This document shows, one piece after another, positions 61,803-64,000 of a DNA stretch of 64,000 nt. The notes below the pieces were generated by a model. The model was not told where the DNA came from and made no database searches. It saw only the letters and a list, made by a program, of their open reading frames with translations. The translations under genes were made by a program, and so were the position numbers. Every line of letters starts with the position of its first letter. Position 1 is the stretch's first letter. Location of the stretch: positions 32,001 through 96,000 of the forward strand of contig CAVYSE010000001.1 of NCBI GenBank assembly GCA_963771075.1, read 5' to 3'. The DNA is from a candidate division FCPU426 bacterium (GTDB taxonomy: Bacteria; Oederibacteriota; Muellerivitia; Muellerivitales; Muellerivitaceae).

Positions 61803-62728
61803 ACATTAGTCATCTTTTTCCGGCCAAAAGGTCCTTGTGGGGAAAGCCGGAAACTTATGTCCGTGCGCTCACGGATATTTCGTTAGAAATAGCCAATGGC
61901 GATATCCTTGGACTTGTCGGCGAGTCGGGGTGTGGAAAGAGTACCTTAGGCCGCTGTGCGGTGGGTCTAATTCGGCCTTCCCAAGGGGATATTTATTGGG
62001 ATGGAGGAAAGCTGGATAAAAGCAGTTCTTCCAATGAGAAACAATCCCGCATGAATTACCAAATGGTTTTTCAAAATCCATATGCGTCTTTAAACCCGCG
62101 CCAAAAAGTGAAGTCGATGTTTCTGGAAGCATTGACGATGCGAGCGGGAAATTCCGGATTGGGAAACGAAGAAGAAACCATTAAAGAATTAGTGGAGCAA
62201 GTGGGTTTATCCCGGAATGATTTAATGAAATATCCCCACCAATTTTCGGGAGGCCAAAGGCAGAGGCTGGCTTTGGCCCGGGTATTGGCATTAAACCCTA
62301 AACTAATCGTATTGGATGAGGCGCTTTCAAGCTTGGATATTACGTTGCAGGCCGCAATGATCAGTTTGTTAAAAGAAATCAATGAAACAAAACAAATTAG
62401 TTATTTGTTCATTTCACACGATTTGAAACTGGTTGGCCAATTAAGTCGTCGGCTGTTCGTGATGTACTTGGGGCATGTGGTGGAGTCTGGCCCTACGGAT
62501 AAAATATTGGGAAATCCTCGGCATCCTTATACCCAAATTCTATTAGCTTCAAGCGAGGGAAGGACGATACCCTTGCATGGGGATCCTCCTAGCCCGACCC
62601 AGATACAAAAGGGATGCCCCTTTAACTCACGCTGTCCGGTCGTCGAGGAGAAGTGTCGGAACGAGGTTCAAACGCTCAAAAACATAAACAGAAATTGGCA
62701 GGTTTCCTGCTGGAAAGCCTCTAATTGA
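61784..62728 (+). CDS. oppF: Oligopeptide ABC transporter ATPase (OppF/DppF type)
   Basis: GESGCGKS, YPHQFSGGQRQR and GCPFNSRC; GTG start overlapping oppD. Confidence 0.9.
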   Translation: MLLSIVNISHLFPAKRSLWGKPETYVRALTDISLEIANGDILGLVGESGCGKSTLGRCAVGLIRPSQGDIYWDGGKLDKSSSSNEKQSRMNYQMVFQNPYASLNPRQKVKSMFLEALTMRAGNSGLGNEEETIKELVEQVGLSRNDLMKYPHQFSGGQRQRLALARVLALNPKLIVLDEALSSLDITLQAAMISLLKEINETKQISYLFISHDLKLVGQLSRRLFVMYLGHVVESGPTDKILGNPRHPYTQILLASSEGRTIPLHGDPPSPTQIQKGCPFNSRCPVVEEKCRNEVQTLKNINRNWQVSCWKASN

Positions 62729-62861
62729 AAGGTATTTACTCGTACTGGTTTTATTTATTAAAAGTGATAGAATGATAATCAATCTCAATTAGGCCTGCCC
62801 GTCCAATTTCTCCAAACGAACCTTAAATTATTTTTATCATCGTCCATTAGGGGAGCAAACC

Positions 62862-64000
62862 TTGAAAACGTTAATTGTCAATCCGCCCACCTGCAACGGA
62901 ATGAAATACATCCGCGAGGGTCGATGTGAGCAAAGATTAAACTCATTTCAATATGTTATGGTCCCGATATCCCTTCCCATGATCGCGGGAGCGCTTGAGG
63001 CAAAAAAACATGAAGTGAAACTTTTGGATTGTATCGCGAGTGATATGGACGTGGAGGGCTTGAAAAGAACCGTTCTGGAATTTAATCCCGGGTTTGTCCT
63101 CTTCAACATGTCCACAGCCACCTCAACGAGTGATATCGAAATCATCAACATGATGAGGCCTTTGACGAAGGCGCATTTTACGGTCATAGGCAACCACGCC
63201 ACTTCTTTACCCGAAGAGGTCCTATTGGCTTCGGGGTTGGACTCGGTGATCCGTCGGGAGCCGGAATTAACGGCACAAGAATTGGTGGAAACGGTTGAAC
63301 GGAAAAGCGGGTTGGAAAAGGTGTTGGGAATTTCCTTCAAAGATTTAGACGGTACGATTGTGCATAATGAAGACCGACCCTTTAACGAGAATTTGGATGA
63401 TTTGCCTTTTGCCGCCAGGCATATGCTGGACAACGCAAAATACACCCTGCCGGTTATTAATGAACCCTATACCCTTATCATCACTAGCCGTGGGTGCCCC
63501 TATTCCTGTATTTATTGCACCGCCCACCAGTATTACGGCAAAAAACTAAGACTGCGGAGCGCTGAAAACGTAGTCGATGAAATGGAGGAGTGTTTAACCA
63601 AACACAAAATACGAAATTTCACAATGTGGTCGGATACGTTCAACCAGAGCAAGAGATTCGTGATGGAGGTTTGCGCAGAAATAAAAAAACGAGAGATGGA
63701 AGATAAAATTCGATGGATGGCCAATAGCCGGGTGGATCACGTTGACGCTGAGGTTTTGGCGGAAATGAGATCTTCCGGGTGCATTGGGGTTTCCTACGGC
63801 GTGGAATCAGGTGTGGATGAAATTTTAAATAACATGAAAAAAGGGGCGAATGCCCAACAAGCCCGGGAAGCGGTCCGGTTAACCAAAATGGCTGGTATTG
63901 AAGTATTAACCCATATCATTTTTGGGCTTCCGGGCGAAACCCTTGAGACCATCAATGAAACCATTCAATACGTTAAGGAGTTGGACCCGGACTATGCCCA
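62862..64000 (+). CDS. B12-binding radical SAM protein (partial; runs off the window; absent from the ORF track)
   Basis: TTG start after GGGGAG; MKTLIVNPP...REGRCEQR, SRGCPYSCIYC and YGVESG. Confidence 0.9.
   Translation, partial: MKTLIVNPPTCNGMKYIREGRCEQRLNSFQYVMVPISLPMIAGALEAKKHEVKLLDCIASDMDVEGLKRTVLEFNPGFVLFNMSTATSTSDIEIINMMRPLTKAHFTVIGNHATSLPEEVLLASGLDSVIRREPELTAQELVETVERKSGLEKVLGISFKDLDGTIVHNEDRPFNENLDDLPFAARHMLDNAKYTLPVINEPYTLIITSRGCPYSCIYCTAHQYYGKKLRLRSAENVVDEMEECLTKHKIRNFTMWSDTFNQSKRFVMEVCAEIKKREMEDKIRWMANSRVDHVDAEVLAEMRSSGCIGVSYGVESGVDEILNNMKKGANAQQAREAVRLTKMAGIEVLTHIIFGLPGETLETINETIQYVKELDPDYA

Overview
Bacterial chromosome segment rich in Thr/Pro-repeat secreted proteins. Bases ~1.9-13.7 kb form an accessory island between a ClC-CBS channel gene and gltB. 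The top finding is a stand-alone cas1-cas2 pair with no effector or cas4 in the window. It is followed by two identical 37-bp CRISPR-type repeats (8747-8783, 12261-12297) that enclose one 3477-bp 'spacer'. That spacer holds a dnaX gene cut at its 5' end exactly at the repeat, plus a convergent membrane-protein gene. To the left is a RAYT-like Y1 (HUH) transposase with terminal inverted repeats. Degenerate copies of its end motif fall between single-module cassettes (NHL lipoprotein, AbrB-VapC, MNT-HEPN, hypothetical) and at the cas1 start, suggesting an integron-like cassette array. The rest contains gltBD, MITE/REP-like elements, large T/P-rich surface proteins, thiS-thiG-thiE, def-fmt-rsmB, a probable Spt/bCerS/CerR sphingolipid cluster, tRNA-Leu(GAG), oppD/oppF-type ATPases and a partial B12 radical SAM gene. 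Several frameshifts and in-frame stops may be consensus errors. All calls come from motif recognition by eye; no database searches were run.
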